Source: Mustelus asterias (taxonomy: Eukaryota). Taken from it: 64,000 nt of DNA. Shown here piece after piece: positions 23,489 through 35,139 of the stretch. A model generated the notes under the pieces. It was not told the DNA's origin. It was given only the letters and a program-made list of their open reading frames with translations, and did no database searches. How positions within the stretch are numbered: the stretch's first letter is position 1; each line of letters starts with the position of its first letter. Where the stretch lies: contig NW_027590261.1 of the NCBI RefSeq assembly GCF_964213995.1, positions 186,001 through 250,000 of the forward strand, written 5' to 3'. The position numbers and the translations under genes were made by a program.

Positions 23489-23853
23489 TCCTCTGGACAA
23501 CATCTGTGAGGAAAACACTTTCTTTCTCCCCCTGGGAAATACAGAGACAGAGAAATTCTCTGGAACTGGAATTAGAGCTAAATATAGTGAGGGGGAAATG
23601 TTTGTATTTTGTGGAACCTGTTTTTATTGTCTGAACTTTTAAAGTGTAATTTATCTTGTCTATTCAAATACTGTTTCTTAATGCATGATTCAGTGATGTT
23701 AATTTTAGATTAATTTTTAAAGTAAAATTTTTTAAAAATGAAACATTGTCTTTCAGTTTATTCCATTGGGATTTGTGGGAATGTGTTTATTATAAGGTGA
23801 CCATGAGGATCGTAACAACATTGATATGTCTGGTGTTGTTATATGGTGCATAT

Positions 23854-24053
23854 GGTGTGGAGATGCCGGTGTTGGACTGGGGTGGGCACAGTAAGAAGTC
23901 TCACAACACCTGGTTAAAGTCCAATGGGTTTATTTGGAATCACGAGCTTTCAGAGCGCTGCTCCTTCTCACCTGATGAAGGGGCAGTGCTCTGAAAGCTT
24001 GTGATTCCAAATAAACCTGTTGTACTTTAACCTGGTGTTGTGAGACTTCTTAC
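23854..24053. mobile_element. 200-bp fold-back Penelope-like insertion with hammerhead motif
   Basis: Inverted terminal-repeat arms, tail on the left, core CTGATGA...GAAAGCTT at 23968-24004. TSD TATATGGTGCATAT at 23840-23853 and 24054-24067. Confidence 0.8.
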
Positions 24054-24745
24054 TATATGGTGCATATTAGGTATATTATTTATGGATTTGTATTACAGTT
24101 GATGTTGTTTAATTCCAGAATAGTATTGTAACTACTCTGTATATTTTCCAGTCAAAGAGTCAGCAGAGCACAAGATAAATCAATTCAGCAGCTTGAGTCC
24201 ATGCCAAGTCTCTGTCGGGGAATCCACTCAGTGCCATTTTTCCTCCATACCCCTGTTCCCCAGTACGTTTAATTCCTTCAAGTGCCCGACCAATTTTATT
24301 TTGAAATGACTGGTCGTCTCCACTTCCACCACTCTCATCGTCAGTGAGTTCCAGAACATGATTGCTTGCTCCCCAAGTCAAGTTCTTCCGCACCCATCTG
24401 TATCTCTAATCATGTAATAGAGTTCTGAATATTGCATACATTTTTAGTCCACTAAATATGCAAATTTTTTATATGCTTAGACACAAGCCTGTGAGAAGAT
24501 TTCAGGAATATGTGTCCTGTACATGAAATAGTCGGCACGGATCTGTCGATTAGGATGAATCAGCACCCTCAGGACAATGTCTATTTCAGGTCCAGCAAAG
24601 GTGAGAATGGAGGGAGAGTGTTTGGGATGGAGATTTACAAATTTTCAAGAATGAGAGGAAAGAATGTTCCACAGAAACTAGAATTGTCTGTTCTGAGTTT
24701 TTATCCTGTACTGGCAGCAATGATTTTTGTGAATTTCTTTCACAG

Positions 24746-25588
24746 GCTATTAGAAGGGGAGAATTTACAGACACAAATCTCAACAAACATGACGTTAGGA
24801 TCTGACAGAGTCACACAATTGTTCAGGATTTGAATACCATCGGCATTTGAAACTAGAATGGAAAATGTTTGTCTGTTCCTTCAAACTGTTTAAACATCAG
24901 TGTGACTGGAAAATCACTGAGACACATCCACTCGAGTGAGAGTATTCCAGTGAACTGACTGTGGAAAGAGCTTTAACCAGTTACACAGCCTGGAAAAGAT
25001 TGAAGGATTCACAGTGAGGAGAGACCATGTCTGTGTTAACTGTGGGGTCAAATCTTCATCTGAACCTGGAGATGTACAAAGACACTCAGACCATGGAAAT
25101 GTAGGGACTGTGGGAAGGGATTCAATTGTCCCTCGAAGCTGGAAACCCTTCGATGCAGCCACACTGTGGAGACACCGTTCACCTGCTCTGAGTTTGGAAG
25201 GGGATTTCGTGATTCATCCACCCTGAGGAATCACCAGCGACTTCACATCAGGGAGAGGCCATTCACCTGCTCTGAGTGTGGGAAGAAATTCAGCGATTCG
25301 TCTGCCCTGCTGACACACCAGCGGGTTCACAATGGGGAGAGACCATTCACCTGTTGTGTGTGTGGAAAGGGATTCACTCAGTCATCTACCCTGCAGAACC
25401 ACCAGCGATTTCACACGGGTGAGGGACTGTCCCCCTGCTCAGAGCATGGGAAGGGATTCACTCACTCATCCCTCCCGCTGACAAACCAACCCATTCACAC
25501 CATGGCAGGCACACCGATTAGTGATCTTTTGGATGCTTTGACTGTGGCTGTTAATTGTATCAATAGAGGTGAAGTTTATTCAAATTGA
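24746..25588 (+). pseudogene. C2H2 zinc-finger pseudogene (main exon)
   Basis: Acceptor tttcacag at 24745, degenerate upstream fingers, in-frame stop in WKC*, only 2 canonical fingers left in ORF 25166-25588. Confidence 0.8.
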
Positions 25589-25719
25589 GGGCACTGATGA
25601 GATAGTTATAATGAGCAGGTAAAAAGTGGAACTCACTAATATAACTTGGAGTCAGAGTTGAACCTGTAATGTTTGATTCTGTGAACAAATCTAGACCAAA
25701 TAAAGTTTGACTCCACCCC

Positions 25720-28000
25720 AAGGCTGTCAGGATTATAACATGGTAACATAAAATGCTTGTCTAATGGTGAAGGTTGGAAACTAAAAGAAAGTATATTTCG
25801 GACAGAAGCTTCCAATCCCAGCAGCTTTTGTGAGAAATGACTGAAAGGCAGTGGGAATTGTCAGGGTCTGATTACCTGCTGATGCTCTCGGAGTCTGAAC
25901 CATACAACCAGTGGAAGAATGAAGTGGCGATGTGGACACGGGTTACATCCCGATCAAGGAGGAAACAAGATCTGGCCTTGGCACTGTCACTTCCTAACAC
26001 AAGGAAAATCAGCAACAAAGCATTTTCTGACCAGCCAAACTGCAAGTTGATAACTGCACTGGCACGGATGATTCATGTCAAGAATTCACTTCAGGTGGTT
26101 GGAGGGTAGAGTCCCTGTCAATTGGTCTATGGGAGAAATCCCTAATTCCCCTCTGTGCCGGGCGATCGCCCCCCTGCTTTAAAGGGATACAATTAGTTCC
26201 ATTTTCAGTCATCAATTATCTGATTGTTCCATGAAAAGAATTGCTCGAAGCAACAAATTATTGGAGATACCAGAAGAGGGTTTCTTCATGTGTAACGTTT
26301 GGACTGAAGGAGAAAAACCATCTTTTTCTTCGATTTGTTTTGAAACACTGTTTGTGTGAATTTTTGCGATCCCGGTCAGGACTGTTAACGTTTGCAGAGA
26401 AATTCGAACACCCGGTGATTAACTGAAAGAATTACATCACAAGATTCCACATTTTTAAACAAAAACAAACTTTACTGTATGTTTAAATAAAATTTAAAAA
26501 GACAACACTACAAATTGAATACTACAGCCAATAAAGATTTATGATATAAACCAAGTTCTATTTTTTTACCTCACCCCAAGAGTTTCTTTATACTTAACAA
26601 TATCTTGAAGGTTCATTCACTTCTGTTCCTAGGACCATCCCAAAGGTATGTCAAAGCTCTCCACAATTCACTTTAATTCTCCCCAGTACTCCAGATATTC
26701 TCCAAGCTCCAAGAGTTTATGGGAGTCCATCCATTATCTTTTCACTAAACAAGCCTCCAATTTTCCTTTAAACTCTCAAACTGTGGACTCCTCATTCCAA
26801 ACATGGGCTTCACTGCATTCTTGCTGAGGGATTTAAATGTTGGAAACACCCCTGGTTTCCAATGGTCCTCTAGGCTTCTAGTCCCACAGCTGGTTCACAG
26901 TTCCTGGTCCCACAACTGGTGGCTTCCAAGCTAACTGCAGACTGTCCGTTGGAACCAGGTCATTGATTGGAAAGGACTCAAAAGGTTACGGGGAAAAGGC
27001 AGGAGAATGGGATTGAGATTTATCAGCCATGATCGAATGGCACAGCAGATTCAATGGGCCGAATAGCCTAATTCTGCTCCAATATCTTATGGTCTAATTC
27101 TAACCAAGGCTCCACCCTGAATCACATATCCCCATGGTAACAGAGACGATTGAATATCTAACAGATATTCAGCTTCAAAATTGGACCTTTTTTCCTGAGG
27201 TCTGCATGAAGAATTCACCTAACAAAAACAGTACAATAATTGTCAGACCCAATGTCTCCAGCTAAAAGACCCAGCTGACCTTTTACAGTTCTTACCTCTG
27301 GAGTTTTGACTTCTGAAACCAACATGGACCATGCTTTGTGACTGCGAATTCCCTGAGGGTGTTTTTGTCAGATTCTCAATCCAGGTTTTCCATTTTTTAA
27401 AAGCAATTCTTGCAACTAATTCTTATTTCTAAAACATAGGAATTATAAAATTAGATTTCTGTAACAAAAACAGGAAGAAATGAAAATGTATCACCTTCAT
27501 AATATCCCAGTTAGAATATTACAATATACAACATGCTGTATATCTGAACAGCCATGATCTTATTGAATGGCGGAGCAGGCTCGAAGGGCCAAATGGCCTC
27601 CTCCTGTTCCTCAATCCACTGTTTTCCTATGTTGATCTATCTTATAACCTGCAACAGACACAATAATCCCTCCATTGTCCACTTCACATTCACAAGTCCA
27701 GCTTGATAACAGCACACTGCTGGGTTCCATGTCCAGGAATTCAGTCCACTGAAGGTGGAAATTACTGCTTGCAGTGTTTTCTGAAAGTTCTCTTTTTACA
27801 ATAATTATAGTCCAAAGTTCCTCCTGCAAGAGGACAGTCCTCATTGCTGTTCATTTGTGAATTTTCAAGTTCTGTTTTAAAACAGTCTGTTCAGAGTTCA
27901 CGTTTTGAAATTTATTTTCTTCCATATTTGTGGTTCCTCCATTGTTTAAATCCAGAGAGAATATTCCAGTCAATTCCACATTGAAACTGTCTTCTTCTTG
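25720..28000 (+). repeat. Segmental duplication, direct paralog of ~37920-42030
   Basis: Collinear shared blocks: gag relic, integrase tail, caccccaa..gtttct, gacatggaa..cagcagtgtgctg exon. Confidence 0.8.
25850..26200 (+). mobile_element. Copia (GalEa-like) relic: gag start joined to integrase tail
   Basis: SEPYNQWKNEVAMWTRVT..KQDLALALSLP joined directly to DQPNCKLITALA...KNSLQVVGG. Paralogous to the less-deleted copy at 38-39.6 kb. Confidence 0.65.
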
Positions 28001-29101
28001 CTCAGTTATAGCTGATTCCTTTATTGTCCAGGACAATATATTCACAATATCTTTAAAACAGAAATTAAACATTCCCATTTGATTTCAGACAGTAACATAT
28101 TCTGTTAGTTTGTTCTTTATTGTCGATGTCAGGCTGGGGTTGTTCCCCTTGGAGCAAAGGAGGTTGAGGGGAGATTTGATAGAGGTGGACAAGATTCTGA
28201 CAGGTTTAGATAAAGGTGGACAAAGAAAAGCTGTTCCCATTAGCTGAAGGGACAAGGACTAGGGGGGACACAGATTTCTTGTTTTGGGTCAGAGATGCAA
28301 GGGGGGGGTGGGGGGGGGATGTGAGGAAGAATATTCTGATGCAGCGAATGGTAATGACCTGAAACTCGCTGCCTACGAGGGTGGAGGAAGTGGAGACAAT
28401 AAACAATTACAAAGGAAATTGGATGGGCATTTGGGATGTTCCAAACAGAACGAAGAACAAAGAAAATTTTGTTTTCTTGAAACAAAAAGAAACAAAAAAA
28501 GAACAAAGAAAATCCATCAAGACATCATTTGACTGAGTGTGGCAGAAAGGGACCGACACAGGGTTGGAGTCGGTGGGATTCGGGGGAGGGCGGGGGGGAA
28601 CTCTCCACCGGTTGGGGATATACCAGGGACAGACGAGGATGGCTGTGGTTGTTGGAGGTCAGTCATCACTGCAAGGGTCACTGCAGAGTTCATCTAAAAC
28701 TCTGCTGGCCATGTTTAAACTCAGTAAGAAGTTTAACAACACCAGGTTAAAGTCCAACAGGTTTATTTGGTAGCAAAAGCCACACAAGCTTTCGAGGCTC
28801 TGAGCCCCTTCTTCAGGTGAGTGGGAATTCTGTTCACAAACAGAACTTATAAGACACAGACTCAATTTACATGAATAATGGTTGGAATGCGAATACTTAC
28901 AACTAATCCAGTCTTTAAGAAACAAAACAATGGGAGTGGGGAGAGCATCAAGACAGGCTAAAAAGATGTGTATTGTCTCCAGACAAGACAGCCAGTGAAA
29001 CTCTGCAGGTCCACGCAACTGTGGGAGTTACAAATAGTGTGACATAAATTCTGATTCTAGGATCGCATGATAAAGACTCAGGAGGAAAAAAGCAGAAATA
29101 T

Positions 29102-30264
29102 TTATGTGAAATAGTGTGACATAAACCCAATATCCCGGTTGAGGCCGTCCTTGTGTGTGCGGAACCTGGCTATCAGTTTCTGCTCCGCGACTCTGCGCTG
29201 TCGTGTGTCGCGAAGGCCGCCTTGGAGAACGCTTACCCGAATATCAGAGGCCGAATGCCCGTGACCGCTGAAGTGCTCCCCAACAGGAAGAGAACAGTCT
29301 TGCCTGGTGATTGTCGAGCGGTGTTCATTCATCCGTTGTCGCAGCGTCTGCATAGTTTCCCCAATGTACCATGCCTCGGGACATCCTTTCTTGCAGCGTA
29401 TCAGGTAGACAACGTTGGCCGAGTTGCAAGAGTATGTACCGTGTACCTGGTGGATGGTGTTCTCACGTGAGATGATGGCATCTGTGTCGATGATCCGGCA
29501 CGTCTTGCAGAGGTTGCTGTGGCAGGGTTGTGTGGTGTCTTGGTCACTGTTCTCCTGAAGGCTGGGTAGTTTGCTGCGGACAATGGTCTGTTTGAGGTTG
29601 TGCGGTTGTTTGAAGGCAAGAAGTGGGGGTGTGGGGATGGCCTTGGCGAGATGTTCGTCTTCATCAATGACATGTTGAAGGCTCCGGAGGAGATGCCGTA
29701 GCTTCTCCGCTCCGGGGAAGTACTGGACAACGAAGGGTACTCTGTCCACTGTGTCCCGTGTTTGTCTTCTGAGGAGGTCGGTGCGGTTTTTCGCTGTGGC
29801 GCGTTGGAACTGTTGATCAATGAGTCTAGCGCCATATCCTGTTCTTATGAGGGCATCTTTCAGCGTCTGGAGGTGTCTGTTGCGATCCTCCTCATCCGAG
29901 CAGATCCTGTGTATACGGAGGGCTTGTCCGTAGGGGATGGCTTCTTTAACGTGTTTAGGGTGGAAGCTGGAGAAGTGGAGCATCGTGAGGTTATCCGTGG
30001 GCTTGCGGTACAGTGAGGTGCTGAGGTGACCGTCCTTAATGGAGATGCGCGTGTCCAAGAATGCAACCGATTCCGGAGAGTAGTCTATGGTGAGCCTGAT
30101 GGTGGGATGGAACTTGTTGATGTCATCATAGAGTTGTTTCAGTGATTGTTCACCATGAGTCCAAAGGAAGAAAATGTCATCGATGTATCTAGTGTATAGC
30201 ATCGGTTGAAGGTCCCGTGCGGTGAAGAAGTCTTGTTCGAACCTGTGCATGAAGATGTTGGCAT
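29102..30264 (-). CDS. PLE RT C-terminal half plus GIY-YIG endonuclease (5'-truncated, left arm)
   Basis: Open from ANIFMHRFEQ through YIDD to GLNRDIGFMSHYFT. The ORF-track N-terminus beyond 30264 is only antisense of the other arm. Confidence 0.8.
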
Positions 30265-30276
30265 CTTCATGAAGAT

Positions 30277-31306
30277 CTATGATGACATCAACAAGTTCCA
30301 TCCCACCATCAGGCTCACCATAGACTACTCTCCGGAATCGGTTGCATTCTTGGACACGCGCATCTCCATTAAGGACGGTCACCTCAGCACCTCACTGTAC
30401 CGCAAGCCCACGGATAACCTCATGATGCTCCACTTCTCCAGCTTCCACCCTAAACACGTTAAAGAAGCCATCCCCTACGGACAAGCCCTCCGTATACACA
30501 GGATCTGCTCGGATGAGGAGGATCGCAACAGACACCTCCAGACGCTGAAAGATGCCCTCATAAGAACAGGATATGGCGCTAGACTCATGGATCAACAGTT
30601 CCAACGCGCCACAGCGAAAAACCGCACCGACCTCCTCAGAAGACAAACACGGGACACAGTGGACAGAGTACCCTTCGTTGTCCAGTACTTCCCCGGAGCG
30701 GAGAAGCTACGGCATCTCCTCCGGAGCCTTCAACATGTCATTGATGAAGACGAACATCTCGCCAAGGCCATCCCCACACCCCCACTTCTTGCCTTCAAAC
30801 AACCGCACAACCTCAAACAGACCATTGTCCGCAGCAAACTACCCAGCCTTCAGGAGAACAGTGACCAAGACACCACACAACCCTGCCACAGCAACCTCTG
30901 CAAGACGTGCCGGATCATCGACACAGATGCCATCATCTCACGTGAGAACACCATCCACCAGGTACACGGTACATACTCTTGCAACTCGGCCAACGTTGTC
31001 TACCTGATACGCTGCAAGAAAGGATGTCCCGAGGCATGGTACATTGGGGAAACTATGCAGACGCTGCGACAACGGATGAATGAACACCGCTCGACAATCA
31101 CCAGGCAAGACTGTTCTCTTCCTGTTGGGGAGCACTTCAGCGGTCACGGGCATTCGGCCTCTGATATTCGGGTAAGCGTTCTCCAAGGCGGCCTTCGCGA
31201 CACACGACAGCGCAGAGTCGCGGAGCAGAAACTGATAGCCAGGTTCCGCACACACAAGGACGGCCTCAACCGGGATATTGGGTTTATGTCACACTATTTC
31301 ACATAA
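30277..31306 (+). CDS. PLE RT thumb plus GIY-YIG endonuclease (5'-truncated, right arm)
   Basis: Open from YDDINKFHPTI to SHYFT; lacks YIDD. Confidence 0.75.
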
Positions 31307-31583
31307 ATATTTCTGCTTTTTTCCTCCTGAGTCTTTATCATGCGATCCTAGAATCAGAATTTATGTCACACTATTTGTAACTCCCACAGTTGCGTGGACC
31401 TGCAGAGTTTCACTGGCTGCCTTGTCTGGAGACAATACACATCTTTTTAGCCTGTCTTGATGCTCTCTCCACTCCCATTGTTTTGTTTCTTAAAGACTGG
31501 ATTAGTTGTAAGTATTCGCATTCCAACCATTATTCATGTAAATTGAGTCTGTGTCTTATAAGTTCTGTTTGTGAACAGAATTC

Positions 31584-31628
31584 CCACTCACCTGAAGAAG
31601 GGGCTCAGAGCCTCGAAAGCTTGTGTGG
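31584..31628 (+). ncRNA. Hammerhead ribozyme motif in the PLE terminal repeat (mirror copy at 28780-28824, minus)
   Basis: CAC-CTGAAGA-A-GGGGCT(CAG)AGCCTC-GAAA-GCTT-GTG. Confidence 0.65.
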
Positions 31629-34179
31629 CTTTTGCTACCAAATAAACCTGTTGGACTTTAACCTGGTGTTGTTAAACTTCTTACTGTGTTTACCCCAGTC
31701 CAACGCCGGCATCTCCACATCATGTTTAAACTCACATTAAGTGTTATTCCACTATCACCCTTGTGCACGATGATCCACCCAGTAAAGCAACAACTTAATA
31801 TTAAAATTCTCATCCTTGGTTTCAAATCACTCCATGACCTTGCCTGTCCCAATATCTATAATCTCCTATCAGCCCCACAACCCTCAATATATTACACTGC
31901 TCTAATTCTGGTCTTTAGTTTGTCCCTGACCTTGCTTCACCATTGCAAGCTCTACCTTCAGTTGCTTAGGCTCCAACCTCTGGAGTACCATCCCGACACG
32001 TCTCCAGCTCTCCATCTCGCTTTACTCCTTTAACACACCCCTTAAAATCTACCACTTTGACCAAACTTTTGGTCATCTAACCTAATATCTTCTTTGTGGC
32101 TCAATATCATGCTTTACTTTACAATGCTCCTTGGATGTTTTATTACTTTAAGGCGCTATATAAATATATTTTGTTGTTCCTCATGTCTCCTGGACCTAAT
32201 CATTTTCAGCGGCTTCATTAATTACCGTCTCCCCACCGTAGGGTGGGAAACGGGGATGTTCACTGATGATTGCAGTGTATATTACCATTCACAACTCTGA
32301 ATACTGAAGCTGCCCGCATGCAGCGCAGGACCAGGACAACATTCAGGTTGGAGCTAATACTGTCAATTCATACTGATACCACATAATTATCAGGAAATAT
32401 CTATTTCCAGCAAGAAAATCTAACCATCTTCCCTTGATATTCAATGGCATTACCATCAGTGAATGTCCCACCAGCAATAACTTTGGGGTTACCATTGACC
32501 AGTCATTTAAATACTGTGGTTACAAAAGCAGATCAGAGGTTGGGAGCTTTGTGGCAGGTTACTCACTTAATGACTCCCCAAAGGCTTGCCATGATTCACA
32601 AGGTATAAATCAGGAGTAAGGTGGAATATTCCCTACCTGGATGAGTGTATCTGCAACAATTTTGTAGATCCTATCCAGGACAAAGTAGCCCGCCTGATCA
32701 GCATCTCAAATACCACCTTAAACATTCACTCTCCACCATTAGCCCACAATGGTGGCAGTGTATCCCACATATTAGATGCACTGCAAGAAATCACCAAGGC
32801 TGTTTTCACAGCATGTTCCAAACCCTAACTTCTACCACTTGAAAAACAAGTGCAGCCAGAGTTTGGGAATGCCACCATCTGCAAATTGTACTCCACATCA
32901 CATACCATTCTGAGTTGAAAATCAATCACCATTCCTTCTCTGTCACTGCATCAAATTCCTGGAACTCCCCAACAGCATTGTGGGTATACCTACACCAGAT
33001 GGATTGCAGCGATTCAAGAAAGTGGCTCACTTTCTTCACAAGGGCAATCAGTGATGCACAATGAATGTTGGCCTTGCCAGCCACATTCACATCCCCTGAA
33101 AGAATAAAACAAAATCCTCATCCCTGGTATCATTCCCAGTCATGAGGACTGTAATTATCAATGAACAGCTCCGCTTTCGACTTTATGATGGGGGGAAGGT
33201 CATTGGTGGAGCAACTGAGGATGGATGGGCCTCGGACACTACCCTGGGGCTGAGATGATTGGCCTCCAACAACCGCGATCATCCTCCTCTGTGCGGGATG
33301 TGGCTCTCGCCGGTGGAGAGTTTCCCCCTGATTCCCATTGACTTCAATGTTAATCGGGTTGCTTGATGCCACGCACAGTCAAATGCTGCCTTGATGTCAA
33401 TGGCAATCACTCCAACATCACCCAGTTCAACTCTTTTGTCCATGTTTGGACAAAGGCTGTAAATGAGGCAGGAGGTGAGTGGTCCTCGGTGGAACCCAAA
33501 ATGAGCATCAGTGAGCAGGTTATTGCTGTATAAATGCTGCTTGATCGCACCGTTGGCAACAACATCTTCCATCATTTTGCTGATGATCGAGACGAGAGAC
33601 ATTGGATGGCAGTTGGCCAGTTTGGATTTTTCCTTATCCATCGCCTTCAGCTGTTTATTGATATCCCTTGAAGTGAATCGAATTGGCTGAAGATGGGCAT
33701 CTGTGATACTAGGGACCTCAGGATGGATAATCCATATGGAGAGATTAGAGAAGCTGGAATTGCACTCTATAGAGCAGGAAAGGTTAAGGAAAGATTTAAT
33801 CGTGATATTCAAACTTTTGAGAGGTTTTGATAAAATGCATGTCTGTTTCCATTGGTTGAGAACTAAAAGACATCGGGTGGAATTTCATGAAAAAAAGTCG
33901 AAGTGCTGAATGAGTGAGAAAAGTTTCAAACTCGTTTCTTGGGCAGATTAAAAAACGCAATCTTGTGGCACTTAGTCAAAAACAGTCACAATATAATCCT
34001 CACTGCAGGAGGAAGGGGAGGAACCTAAACTTGCTGGGGAAGCCAGCTGCTGATCTGGAGGGGTGTCATTGTGCATGCGCTCCATCCTCCCAGTTTCCAT
34101 CTTCAGTGGACATCCCCCCCTCCCCACAGAAATCGCCCCGCCAATCTCCTCATCTGTAGCGTTTCCCCCAAATCACCAA

Positions 34180-34450
34180 CCCCTCCCCGCAATCAGCATC
34201 CCTGCAGAGTTCCCCCTCTCGCCACCTCCCCGATCGCCACCCCTGCAGAGTTTCCCCGATCACCAGCTCCCTCCCCCATCAGGACTCCTGCAGAGCTCCC
34301 CCCACTAACCCTCTCCTCAATCACCACCCCTGCAGAGTTTCCCCGATCACCAGCTCTCTCCCCCATCAGGACTCCTGCAGAGCTCCCCCACCCCGAGCCC
34401 CCTCCTCAATCACCACCCCTGCAGAATTTCCCAATCACCACTCCCTCCCC
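34180..34450 (+). repeat. C-rich degenerate tandem repeat (CCTGCAGAG-containing subunits, ~88-bp higher-order unit)
   Basis: atc(a/g)ccacccctgcaga recurs at ~34233, 34320 and 34409. Confidence 0.75.
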
Positions 34451-35139
34451 CGAGTCAGCTTCACCGTCCCACGGAGTGACCCAGGGGTCCATTGGCGCCT
34501 CGAGGGAGGAGGGAGGCCTGGGGATGGTGCTGGGGCCTTCCACCTGGGGGATTCCGGCCGATGGGATGCAGCACTTTCCGACTCCCCCTTTCCTGACACC
34601 GGTGCATCTCAAGAGCAGCAGGGTGAACAGCAAGGCAAGGATACATCCATATCACCAGGAAGACGGCTGGACCCCTCTAGGTCCCAGCTCTCCAGCAGAC
34701 GCCTGCCAGGGGCATCACAGGAAAATGGGTGCGGAGTGCAGCTGGCTGCCTCCAGTTCTGATGTGCATCCTGGGGGGATGCGTTGATGTGGCGCTGGACC
34801 ACGGGAGATGGAGATGTTGTGGGGTGGCCAGGAGGGCACGGGTGAAAGTCTATATGAGAAAGGTTTAGGGAATTGGGCTCTGTTGATGATCACATCCACC
34901 TGTTTTATAGCACTGTTAACTATCGGCCCTTCGTGTTATTGCATTGTTAGTTTCACCAATAAATGTTCAAAGATGTGCAGGTTAGGTTGATTGGCCATAC
35001 TAAATTGATCCGAGTGTCAGGGGGATTAGCAGGGTAAATGTGAGTTTACGGGAGTAGGGCCTGGGTGGGATTGTGGTCGGAACAGGCTCGATGGGCTGAA
35101 TGGCCTCCTTCTGTACTGGAGGGATTCTATTCTATTCTC

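Larger units (their letters stand above)
28724..31723. mobile_element. Young fold-back Penelope-like element: two 5'-truncated RT/GIY-YIG copies in inverted orientation
   Basis: YTRYIDDIF (RT) and NVVYLIRC..WYIGET (GIY-YIG). Arms 28722-30132 and 30276-31686 are near identical, with a ~38-nt tail on the right. TSD CATGTTTAAACTCA at 28710-28723 and 31721-31734. Confidence 0.95.

Noticed and set aside
30206-30382. Full-length PLE proteins of 426 and 366 aa
   Set aside because: Their N-termini are antisense read-through of the opposite arm; both copies are 5'-truncated.
34071-34868. 265-aa proline-rich ORF
   Set aside because: Arises from a C-rich tandem repeat lacking stop codons; no domain or splice support.
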